A stretch of 55,825 bases of DNA from a virus. Its lineage: Duplodnaviria; Caudoviricetes. The translations under genes and the position numbers were made by a program. Below are positions 17,560 through 25,163 of this stretch, piece after piece; position 1 is the stretch's first letter, and each line of letters begins with the position of its first letter. The stretch is taken from positions 1 through 55,825 of IMG/VR virus record IMGVR_UViG_3300017706_000806; one strand, 5' to 3'. The notes below the pieces were generated by a model. It ran no database searches and had not been told where the DNA came from. It worked only from the letters and a program-made list of their open reading frames with translations.

Positions 17560-20500
17560 TTAAATTTGAACCACTTTATCACAACTAATCATGCTTAATC
17601 CTTTAAAGTTAGTGTTGTTGTAAACTAAGAACTTTAATAAGAATGTTTCATTGTTACCTACAGGAAGAACACTTATAGAACCATTTAGTACTTGCCATGC
17701 TTTATTTTGAATAGCTTCTGTACCATTTGATATTCTTTCCTGTTGTAAATAACCTATATGGAAAGGATCACTTCCTGCTGCAGATGTTACTTCTACTATT
17801 ACCTCTGTTCCAGCAGGATAGTTGGTTGGAGGCGTGAAGTATAAGTCATTTTTAGTTCCTACAGAAGCAGTACGATCTACATTATATCTGCTATAAGGTG
17901 CTGTTAAAGTTTCTACGTAATCAGAGTCAACTTCAAATTGGACTAGAGCACCTGTAGTAATGGTATTTGCATTAGGGCTTACTGAATCTACTATAATATC
18001 CACAAAACCACCAGCTACCACAGTTAACTGTCTAACAATAAAGTTTGCAGTAAATGGAGTTCCTCCAGCACTACCCAACGTAATCAAAGCTCCTACAGAT
18101 ATATTATCAAAAACAGTTTGTCTGCTTGTACTTCCACTATCTAATACATTTACTCTAAGACCTTCTACATTACTTATTGTGGCTGCTCCTGTATGCTGAA
18201 CACAAATTCCTCCAATAGGTGGGTTTGTTAAAGCTGCATTTGCAACAGTTGTTATACCATATGTATTTATATCAAAATATTGATTATAAGTTAATGCTGT
18301 TCCAGTACCAGGTCTTACAATAGGAGCAACAACATCCTCTTCAATTATTTCACCTGATGATGTAACACCAAGCATTTTTGTTGCTGTACCATTAAATTTA
18401 CCGGTACCGTACTCATTGGCAATTAGTTCCCCATCATTTTTTATTTCAAGTTTAGTAGTTGGAGAAGCAGTACCATCCGGTGTTGTTGTAAATTCTATTC
18501 TAGTAGGATAATCTCCACCTCCTGATGCACCATCTCCTTTGAAGAGAATACTTGCAATATCTGCACTAAATACAGAAGAACGGGCTATAAGCTCTGCTAT
18601 TTCTGATCCATCAAATAAACTAGGAGTTGAATTTTCTAATTTAAGTGCTGGAGCATTATTACTTCCTTTTAATGTTAAGAAGTTTGAGGCTGCATTCCAA
18701 TTAAAGTTTGCTTCAGCACCAAATGCACCACTGTTGTTATATTGAACATCTCCATTTGCTCCTGCTGGAGCAGCTGTAGTAGCATTTATAGTTAGTGTAC
18801 TACCAGATAATGCTGTAGTAACGTTTGTACCACCAGCAATTGTAACAAAACCACCACTTGTTACAGGGTCAATATCTCCTGTATCAGCAAATAAACTCCA
18901 ATCGTATGAAGAGCCTGAACTTCCGTTTGCAACAGCTGTAATTCTACCTTGTTGATCAACTGTTAGGTTTGCATTAGTATATGCACCTGGTGTTACAGCT
19001 GTATCATTTAAGTCTATAGTTAATGTATCTGTTGCGGATGCTGTTGATGTTAAACCAACACCTCCAGCTACCAGTACAGTGTTTCCACTTGAAATTGTTT
19101 GTGCACCACCTAAATCTCCAGTTAAATTCCAACCAGTATAAGATCCAGGTATAGCTGCCCAAGTATTATCTCCTCTTAAGAAAGTAGAAGCACTTGGTGT
19201 TCCAGTTGCTGATAGATCAATTATGCCTGTACTAACGGCTCCTGTAGCTGCAGTATTTACTGTAGCTGCAGATATAAATGTTCCATTAGCGTTTGTAAAT
19301 GAATCAACTCCTGTACCACTTGCTGGTAAAGTAACTGTTTTAACATTTACTGCTGTAGGATGACCTGTTGCATCTTGTGTAATAGAATCTACTACTGTAA
19401 ATGTACCACCTGCAGCAGGAGATGCTGTAGATGTTGTGTCAGTTCTTGTTGTGTTATCATGCTCAATAGATAATTGTTTATCAGATCCAATAGTACCTAC
19501 TTGTGTAGTAATTTTATCTCCACCTCTAAATTCAACCTCTACTCCATTTGTTACAGCTTCAATACCTGTACCATCACCAACTGTCCAACTAGACATAGTA
19601 CCTACAGTAGGGAATGTTACTAAATCACCTGCACCATCTACATACTGAGAATTATTTCCTGCCCATGTAAGTGATATTGCGGGTGTACTAGATGCATTTG
19701 CTACTGCCACATCTAAGGCTGTACCTGCAGTTGAAGCAGAAACAAGAGTAACACTACCTCCACCACCTCCGGAGTATATAGGTATGTTTAACACTCCGCC
19801 TACTAAAGTAGCAGCGCCACTTCCACCTGTAGTAGTAAGACTAGTAACTAATCCACCTCCACCAGAGACCCATGGTACATTGACAACTAACTGTTGAGCA
19901 GCATTAAACTGAACACCATATGTTCTAGCAGCTGTACTAGTTACTGCAGCAGCGGCAATAGGTTGTGCTGTGTTATCCCAAAGTTTACCTGTTCCAGTAA
20001 CAGTGTCTGTCATTACTGGTACTGCAGAAGGTATAGAAGGAAAAGTTTGTAAAGCACCTGTTCCATCTATGTACTCTGCTGCTGTACCTGCTCCTGATAA
20101 TGTTATTACCCCAGAACCCGTTATTGGTGAGCCAGCAACAGTAAATGCAGAAGGAGCTGACAAACCAACGCTTGTAACACTCCCTACACCAGCAGATCCC
20201 CAAATCAGTTGACTGCTACCATTAGCTACTAATACCTGACCAGCTACCCCAGGATTACTTGCTGAATCTGTTACAGGACCTTGAATATTAAGTGTACTTT
20301 CTATAACAGTTGTCTGAGTATCTGAAGTTCCTATTGTTAGAAAACCTGGTCCACCAGGAGTTTGTACCATTGGTACTAAAGCACTATCACCTATTGTATT
20401 AGGACCAGTCCACATTGTCATATGGTTTGGAGTACCTGTACCGGCTACACCTGGTGCTGCCCAATTTGCAGTAGTTCCATCTGATGTTAACACTTGTCCT

Positions 20501-21099
20501 GCGGCTCCAATAGCTAACTCTTCTTTAACATCTGTAGAGCTACCTCTCCAAATACTTCCATATGAAAGAGCTACAACAGGATCATCGTCAGACCAAACAA
20601 CTCTACCATCTGCAAGAGATCTTAGAATTCTATTTGCTGTTCCAGCTGGATTACCTGTTGAATCATGTATGACATTAAATAAAGACGTTGATTTAACTAC
20701 ATCTCCTGATGTACCTAATTCTACACGTCCAGATAATCTAGAATCTACATTTACTGTTAAACTTCCGTTTACTGTTATTAAAGTATCTGTAGCATCTTGA
20801 CTTACAATACTATCTTTTAATGCATCTAATGAACAGATTCCATTTTTTACAGTGTATACAGGCAATCTGCCTTCTACTCCTGAACCTGCTATAGTTACCG
20901 TAAGATCCTGTCTTACATCACAGAAAAAATCCTCATACTTAATAGTATAAGGTTGCATTTTAGGATTGTAACTTGCACCTGTATTTAGAGTGCTAGATGT
21001 TAATCTACCAAATTCAAGCCAATCATGTTTTGGCTTTAAGGTAGTCTTTATTTGTTTTCTTTGTATAAGTCCTAAGACTTCTTGTATAAAATTGCTCAT
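17560..21099 (-). CDS. Tail fibre / receptor-binding-like virion protein
   Basis: 1179 aa, rich in Gly/Thr/Ala/Ser. Recurrent fibre motifs GQVL(T/V), SVTSV, TFLRGDNTWA, GAYTNANLTVDQQGRITA and VQYNNSGAFG. Confidence 0.75.
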   Translation of the reverse strand: MSNFIQEVLGLIQRKQIKTTLKPKHDWLEFGRLTSSTLNTGASYNPKMQPYTIKYEDFFCDVRQDLTVTIAGSGVEGRLPVYTVKNGICSLDALKDSIVSQDATDTLITVNGSLTVNVDSRLSGRVELGTSGDVVKSTSLFNVIHDSTGNPAGTANRILRSLADGRVVWSDDDPVVALSYGSIWRGSSTDVKEELAIGAAGQVLTSDGTTANWAAPGVAGTGTPNHMTMWTGPNTIGDSALVPMVQTPGGPGFLTIGTSDTQTTVIESTLNIQGPVTDSASNPGVAGQVLVANGSSQLIWGSAGVGSVTSVGLSAPSAFTVAGSPITGSGVITLSGAGTAAEYIDGTGALQTFPSIPSAVPVMTDTVTGTGKLWDNTAQPIAAAAVTSTAARTYGVQFNAAQQLVVNVPWVSGGGGLVTSLTTTGGSGAATLVGGVLNIPIYSGGGGGSVTLVSASTAGTALDVAVANASSTPAISLTWAGNNSQYVDGAGDLVTFPTVGTMSSWTVGDGTGIEAVTNGVEVEFRGGDKITTQVGTIGSDKQLSIEHDNTTRTDTTSTASPAAGGTFTVVDSITQDATGHPTAVNVKTVTLPASGTGVDSFTNANGTFISAATVNTAATGAVSTGIIDLSATGTPSASTFLRGDNTWAAIPGSYTGWNLTGDLGGAQTISSGNTVLVAGGVGLTSTASATDTLTIDLNDTAVTPGAYTNANLTVDQQGRITAVANGSSGSSYDWSLFADTGDIDPVTSGGFVTIAGGTNVTTALSGSTLTINATTAAPAGANGDVQYNNSGAFGAEANFNWNAASNFLTLKGSNNAPALKLENSTPSLFDGSEIAELIARSSVFSADIASILFKGDGASGGGDYPTRIEFTTTPDGTASPTTKLEIKNDGELIANEYGTGKFNGTATKMLGVTSSGEIIEEDVVAPIVRPGTGTALTYNQYFDINTYGITTVANAALTNPPIGGICVQHTGAATISNVEGLRVNVLDSGSTSRQTVFDNISVGALITLGSAGGTPFTANFIVRQLTVVAGGFVDIIVDSVSPNANTITTGALVQFEVDSDYVETLTAPYSRYNVDRTASVGTKNDLYFTPPTNYPAGTEVIVEVTSAAGSDPFHIGYLQQERISNGTEAIQNKAWQVLNGSISVLPVGNNETFLLKFLVYNNTNFKGLSMISCDKVVQI

Positions 21100-21103
21100 A
21101 ATG

Positions 21104-21448
21104 TTATATATATAATGCTGCTACTGTAACCGAAGCTGCAGCAGTATAATTAATTGTTAATTGTCCAGATGCATCATTGAATGCGCTTGTTTCAAATGGT
21201 CCTAAAAAACCTTCTTCTCCTGCTGCAAGTGTTAGGCTTGCCGTTTCCTTTACAAGATCACCTAATAAAGGATCAACTACTGTCGTTATAACAGGAACAA
21301 CAGATGAAGTAACAGATACACCACTTCCATTTTTAACATGAAAATACTGAATACCTGTATTAACCAATATATCTCCAGCTACAGTAGCTGCACTATAGAC
21401 TGGTTTTAAACCAGCTTGTGTAATTTCTTGTGCTGTTAATATTGCCAT
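21104..21448 (-). CDS. Putative small beta-sandwich virion protein
   Basis: 114 aa, beta-rich (HVKNGSG...LAAGEEGFLGPF), adjacent to the fibre gene. Confidence 0.6.
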   Translation of the reverse strand: MAILTAQEITQAGLKPVYSAATVAGDILVNTGIQYFHVKNGSGVSVTSSVVPVITTVVDPLLGDLVKETASLTLAAGEEGFLGPFETSAFNDASGQLTINYTAAASVTVAALYI

Positions 21449-21453
21449 GGTTA

Positions 21454-21693
21454 TTATTTGTTAGCCTTTCTATATTCGTTAGCATAGCCGTTTTTAAATG
21501 CAGCTGACTGTTGAGGTTCTACAGCTTTAGTAGATACTTGTGAAGCCTGAAAACCTTGCGCAGCTAGTCTTTCTCTAGCAGCAGTTGCAGTTGCATTCTT
21601 TTTTGCTTGAATCTTTGCAGGAATACATGTTGGATCATAATAATGATTTTCAACTATTCCATCTCCCATAGGGAATGATATCTTTTTTGCCAT
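21454..21693 (-). CDS. Small hypothetical protein
   Basis: 79-aa ORF in the late cluster. Confidence 0.7.
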   Translation of the reverse strand: MAKKISFPMGDGIVENHYYDPTCIPAKIQAKKNATATAARERLAAQGFQASQVSTKAVEPQQSAAFKNGYANEYRKANK

Positions 21694-21697
21694 AATA

Positions 21698-21778
21698 TTA
21701 TTTATTTAAATGTGAACCATCACAGTTTCCATTAGGATCCTGAGTATTTCCACATAAACATGTTGTTTTCTTTTCCAT
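21698..21778 (-). CDS. 26-aa CDGSH iron-sulfur peptide (absent from the ORF track)
   Basis: MEKKTTCLCGNTQDPNGNCDGSHLNK*. It fills the gap between two genes with 4 nt spacing on each side. Confidence 0.75.
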   Translation of the reverse strand: MEKKTTCLCGNTQDPNGNCDGSHLNK

Positions 21779-21782
21779 AATC

Positions 21783-22040
21783 TTAATACATTTTAGATTT
21801 TTTCATGCGGGCGCTCTTTGGTGGCACCATCATGCCGTTTTGAGCTTTCTCTTTACCATACATCATTTTCTCTCTGCCATATTTAGCTTTTTGAGAATAA
21901 GTTACAGAATCTGATGAACCACCATTCATCATCATGTTTGTGTAGTCCATAGCATCACCACCATCCTGCATTCCTAATAGACCTGCAGTAAGATCTCCAT
22001 CACCAGCACCTCTAGTGCTTTTATAATTCTTGTCTTTCAT
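21783..22040 (-). CDS. Small Met/Lys/Gly-rich protein with repeated xxG(G) motifs
   Basis: MQDGG, MMNGG, KAKYG, KMMYG and KAQNG. Confidence 0.7.
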   Translation of the reverse strand: MKDKNYKSTRGAGDGDLTAGLLGMQDGGDAMDYTNMMMNGGSSDSVTYSQKAKYGREKMMYGKEKAQNGMMVPPKSARMKKSKMY

Positions 22041-22059
22041 TTTTTCTGTTTTTAAAATT

Positions 22060-22518
22060 TTATCTTTTATTATCTATTGCTTTAAATTTTTCAACACCCC
22101 TAGAACCAAAGTATGCTACATAAACAGTTATAAGTAATGACTTTAATAAGTCAACCCATTGTGGTTCTACCTGGAATCCCCAATCAAAACTATCTAACAA
22201 CATAAATATGATCATTGATATTGTTAAAAATATCAAAGCCATTGGTCTTGTATTTTTACTAAGCCATGAGTCTGATGTCATATCACTAGACCAACGCTTA
22301 CTAATTTCTTGCATCTCAACCATGTCTTGCTCTAATAACTTTAAAGCAATTTCTTTATCTTCAGGTGAAATATTAGCATCTTTTGAAATAAGATTTTTAA
22401 CAATACCCAATACACCTTTGTCCGGTAATAAATCACCTGCAACATCAAGTACTGCTGGAGCAGTTTTGCTTAAAAACTTACCCAACTTGGTATCTCTAAA
22501 TTTCTTTTTCTTATCCAC
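22060..22518 (-). CDS. Holin (3TM/GTA-holin-like)
   Basis: RWSSDMTSDSWLSKNTRP followed by TM helices and a YFGSRGVEK C-terminal motif. Confidence 0.7.
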   Translation of the reverse strand: MDKKKKFRDTKLGKFLSKTAPAVLDVAGDLLPDKGVLGIVKNLISKDANISPEDKEIALKLLEQDMVEMQEISKRWSSDMTSDSWLSKNTRPMALIFLTISMIIFMLLDSFDWGFQVEPQWVDLLKSLLITVYVAYFGSRGVEKFKAIDNKR

Positions 22519-22844
22519 TACTTTCTTTTTTTAGGCTTACCACTAAATGTATTATGTGTTCCGCCACCCAATTTATATTCTTGATAAGAATCTCTTCCTG
22601 TTTCATTATTACGTGCCGTTCTTTTAGCATTAGCACCCTTTCTCATTTTTTCAGTAAAAGAACCCAACATCATTTGATCTAGTTCTGCTCCTGATTTCAT
22701 TAGTAACTTAGACTGTTGTCTAGTTAACTTTTGAGATGGCATAGAACCTCCACCTTTAAAATAACCCATTTTCTTAACAACACCAGGAGCTTCCTTTTTT
22801 AAGGCAGCTAATCCGGGTTGTGCTTTTGCGTTTATCTTTTTCAT
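22518..22844 (-). CDS. Small basic protein with xxGG motifs
   Basis: Probable start MKKINAK at 22844. Contains FKGGG, MKSG, MMLG and YKLGGG. Confidence 0.65.
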   Translation of the reverse strand: MKKINAKAQPGLAALKKEAPGVVKKMGYFKGGGSMPSQKLTRQQSKLLMKSGAELDQMMLGSFTEKMRKGANAKRTARNNETGRDSYQEYKLGGGTHNTFSGKPKKRK

Positions 22845-22854
22845 CACTATAAAA

Positions 22855-22998
22855 TTAAAAATTAAGTGTAAATGTTGCAATCAACAAATACAACTTAAGT
22901 GTCCTGTAATCATACTCTTCATCCACATCCATAAATTCCCAACCTAATGCAAATCTATTATGAGGATAATGGAAGCATACTTCTAGAGTCCAATTCAT
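22855..22998 (-). CDS. 47-aa hypothetical protein (absent from the ORF track)
   Basis: MNWTLEVCFHYPHNRFALGWEFMDVDEEYDYRTLKLYLLIATFTLNF*. A-rich leader; fills an intergenic gap. Confidence 0.65.
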   Translation of the reverse strand: MNWTLEVCFHYPHNRFALGWEFMDVDEEYDYRTLKLYLLIATFTLNF

Positions 22999-23003
22999 TT
23001 TTT

Positions 23004-23168
23004 TTACTTTAAGTCTCCTTTTATAGCTTTTTTAACAGCTTTAACTCTTGACTTAGTTTCTTTAGCTGCAGCAATTGCCTTTTCATCTACTTCAGTCTTA
23101 GACCATAAGTAAACCCAAAGGTCCTGCAAACTACTGCTCCACAACAAATAAAAAAATCTCTTAATCAT
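23004..23168 (-). CDS. Small hypothetical protein
   Basis: Probable start MIKRFF at 23168, because the track start (23207) lies inside the promoter motif. Confidence 0.6.
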   Translation of the reverse strand: MIKRFFYLLWSSSLQDLWVYLWSKTEVDEKAIAAAKETKSRVKAVKKAIKGDLK

Positions 23169-23197
23169 AATTTCTATTTCTTTACATATTACACTAA

Positions 23198-23227
23198 TAA
23201 TATACAAAATTTTAATAACTTAAACAA
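23198..23227 (-). promoter_or_regulatory. Putative late promoter (TTTGTATATTA)
   Basis: An exact 11-mer also found at 23686 and 55804. TTG lies 20 nt upstream of TATATTA. Confidence 0.55.
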
Positions 23228-23239
23228 ACTTCAAAATGC

Positions 23240-23551
23240 CTAAACATTTTTTAATCTCTGATTCTCAGTTTCTAAAAATTCCACCTTAACTCTCAAGCTG
23301 TTAACTTCAGCTGTTAACTCAAGCACAAAATTTCTTAATTCATCTTTTTCATCAGCTGATTTAGCCAGAAGTGTTTCAAGATTCCTAACTCTATCTTTTA
23401 AATCATCTCTATATTGCACTCCGTCATTGTTTTGTAGTTCAAATTTTCTGTTGTCTGATTTATCTTTAAGTCTGGCTTCAAAATATTTCCATATAGAAGC
23501 TGAGCCTAAAACTCCTATTACTGTTACAATTATCTGTACAACCGGATCCAT
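23240..23551 (-). CDS. N-terminal TM plus coiled-coil protein (lysis-associated candidate)
   Basis: Hydrophobic N-terminus (VVQIIVTVIGVLGSASIW) followed by heptad repeats; near the holin. Confidence 0.65.
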   Translation of the reverse strand: MDPVVQIIVTVIGVLGSASIWKYFEARLKDKSDNRKFELQNNDGVQYRDDLKDRVRNLETLLAKSADEKDELRNFVLELTAEVNSLRVKVEFLETENQRLKNV

Positions 23552-23628
23552 TATTCTGTAATTAAGTTATTAGTGTGTGTAGAGACAACAATACTCCACG
23601 GAAAACTAGAATACTTGAAGAATTTCAT
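23551..23628 (-). CDS. Possible 25-aa leader peptide
   Basis: MKFFKYSSFPWSIVVSTHTNNLITE*. A-rich leader and TAATG coupling to the next gene. Confidence 0.4.
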   Translation of the reverse strand: MKFFKYSSFPWSIVVSTHTNNLITE

Positions 23629-23658
23629 AATTTTTTTTCTAGTCTTGATCATAAATAG

Positions 23659-23666
23659 TACCTTTG
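23659..23666 (+). promoter_or_regulatory. Bacteroidota -7 element for the RNR island
   Basis: TACCTTTG, a perfect TAnnTTTG, upstream of 23707. Confidence 0.6.
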
Positions 23667-23685
23667 TAATTATTGGTATATAATA

Positions 23686-23696
23686 TAATATACAAA
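23686..23696 (-). promoter_or_regulatory. Putative late promoter (TTTGTATATTA)
   Basis: Second exact copy, at the head of the minus-strand cluster. Confidence 0.55.
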
Positions 23697-23706
23697 AATT
23701 CATTAA

Positions 23707-23895
23707 ATGAAAAAAGTAAATCCAGCAATTTTTAAAAATAAACTAGCCATAGAGTTTTTACCAACAGAGACTCTAATAGGACTCAAACTTGTTAATTGTG
23801 AAGTGTTATGTGATGATGACACTTACCACCCAGTAATTGGAATAGAAATGGGTTTCATATTTTTTACACTTACTTATGTAAATATGTCACAATAG
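23707..23895 (+). CDS. Small hypothetical protein
   Basis: 62-aa ORF downstream of the -7 element. Confidence 0.6.
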   Translation: MKKVNPAIFKNKLAIEFLPTETLIGLKLVNCEVLCDDDTYHPVIGIEMGFIFFTLTYVNMSQ

Positions 23896-23933
23896 TTTTC
23901 TAATTACGTTTAAATTTACTAAATTGAATATGG

Positions 23934-23964
23934 AGCTGCATTTCTCACAAGAGGTGCAGCTTTT
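23934..23964 (+). terminator. Hairpin upstream of nrdB (terminator or 5'-UTR structure)
   Basis: AGCTGCATTTCT-caca-AGAGGTGCAGCT, a 12-bp stem with 2 G-U pairs, followed by TTT. Confidence 0.55.
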
Positions 23965-23991
23965 ATATCTCATATAAACTCAAATAAGCAA

Positions 23992-24972
23992 ATGAACAAA
24001 AACATTTTTTTACCCAGAATTAATATTTTACCATATGAATACCCACAACTCCTAGCATATAAAGATGCTATTAGACATTCCTATTGGATTGACACTGAGT
24101 TTAATTTTACAACAGACATACAGGACTTTAAAGTAACTATCAGCAATGAAGAGAGAGATGTAATTAAAAAGACTATGCTTGCAATTGCACAGATAGAAGT
24201 CAACGTAAAGACATTCTGGGCTGATATGTATAAGCGTATGCCCATCACAGAAGTAGGTGATGTAGGTATGACCTTTGCTGAATCAGAGGTTAGACATAAA
24301 GATGCTTATGCAAAACTTCTTAGGATACTTGGTCTAGAAAAGGAATTTGAAAAAGTAATTGAAGTACCTGCAATAGCTGAAAGACTTAAGTATCTGAAAA
24401 AGTATTTAGATGGTACACGCAGCAGAGAAGATAAAATGTATACTAAATCAGTGTTATTATTTTCTCTATTTATTGAACATGTAAGTCTTTTTAGTCAGTT
24501 TCTAATTATGATGTCTTTCAACAAAGAAAAGAATTTGTTTAAAGGAATATCAAATGTAGTTGAAGCAACATCTAAAGAAGAAGAGATTCACGGTAATTTT
24601 GGAGTTGAAATAATTAACATTATTAAGTCAGAAAATCCAGAATGGTTTGATGATGAGTTTGAAGAGTTAATATATTCTGCATGCAGAAAAGCATATAGAG
24701 CTGAATGTAAAATTATAGATTGGATCTTTGAGAAAGGTGAATTAAGTTTCTTACCAAAGTATACAATATATCAATTTATCAAAAACAGATTCAATAACTC
24801 TCTCAGTAAAATTGGAATGACTCCAATCTTTGAGGTAGATAAAAAAGCATTAAAAGTTACAGAATGGTTTGATATAGAAATCACCGGTACTAAAGAAGGT
24901 GACTTCTTTTACAAAAAGTCTGTAGATTATAATAAGAAAAGCAAGTCTATCACAGCAGATGACTTATTTTAA
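23992..24972 (+). CDS. nrdB: Ribonucleotide reductase beta subunit, class Id (NrdBi-like)
   Basis: AIAQIEVNVKTFW, ESEVRHKDAY, IEHVSLFSQF, KEEEIHG, GDFF and SITADDLF. Confidence 0.93.
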   Translation: MNKNIFLPRINILPYEYPQLLAYKDAIRHSYWIDTEFNFTTDIQDFKVTISNEERDVIKKTMLAIAQIEVNVKTFWADMYKRMPITEVGDVGMTFAESEVRHKDAYAKLLRILGLEKEFEKVIEVPAIAERLKYLKKYLDGTRSREDKMYTKSVLLFSLFIEHVSLFSQFLIMMSFNKEKNLFKGISNVVEATSKEEEIHGNFGVEIINIIKSENPEWFDDEFEELIYSACRKAYRAECKIIDWIFEKGELSFLPKYTIYQFIKNRFNNSLSKIGMTPIFEVDKKALKVTEWFDIEITGTKEGDFFYKKSVDYNKKSKSITADDLF

Positions 24973-25156
24973 AAAGTTCATTTCATTCTTTCTAGTTTGG
25001 TATAGTCAGCAAATGGCTATACCATTCTGGATTGTGGGTCACGTACACCTTCACTTCGTAAGTTGGCATGATCTATATGAGTATATACTATCAATCATAT
25101 TACACTTAATGGTGGCAATAGGATTCTGGATAGATTGGAAAAAAAGCAAAAAATAA
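24959..25156 (+). CDS. Small His/Trp-rich membrane protein
   Basis: Two to three hydrophobic stretches, with GHVHLH, WHD and LHL. Confidence 0.6.
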   Translation: MTYFKKFISFFLVWYSQQMAIPFWIVGHVHLHFVSWHDLYEYILSIILHLMVAIGFWIDWKKSKK

Positions 25157-25163
25157 AAATAAT

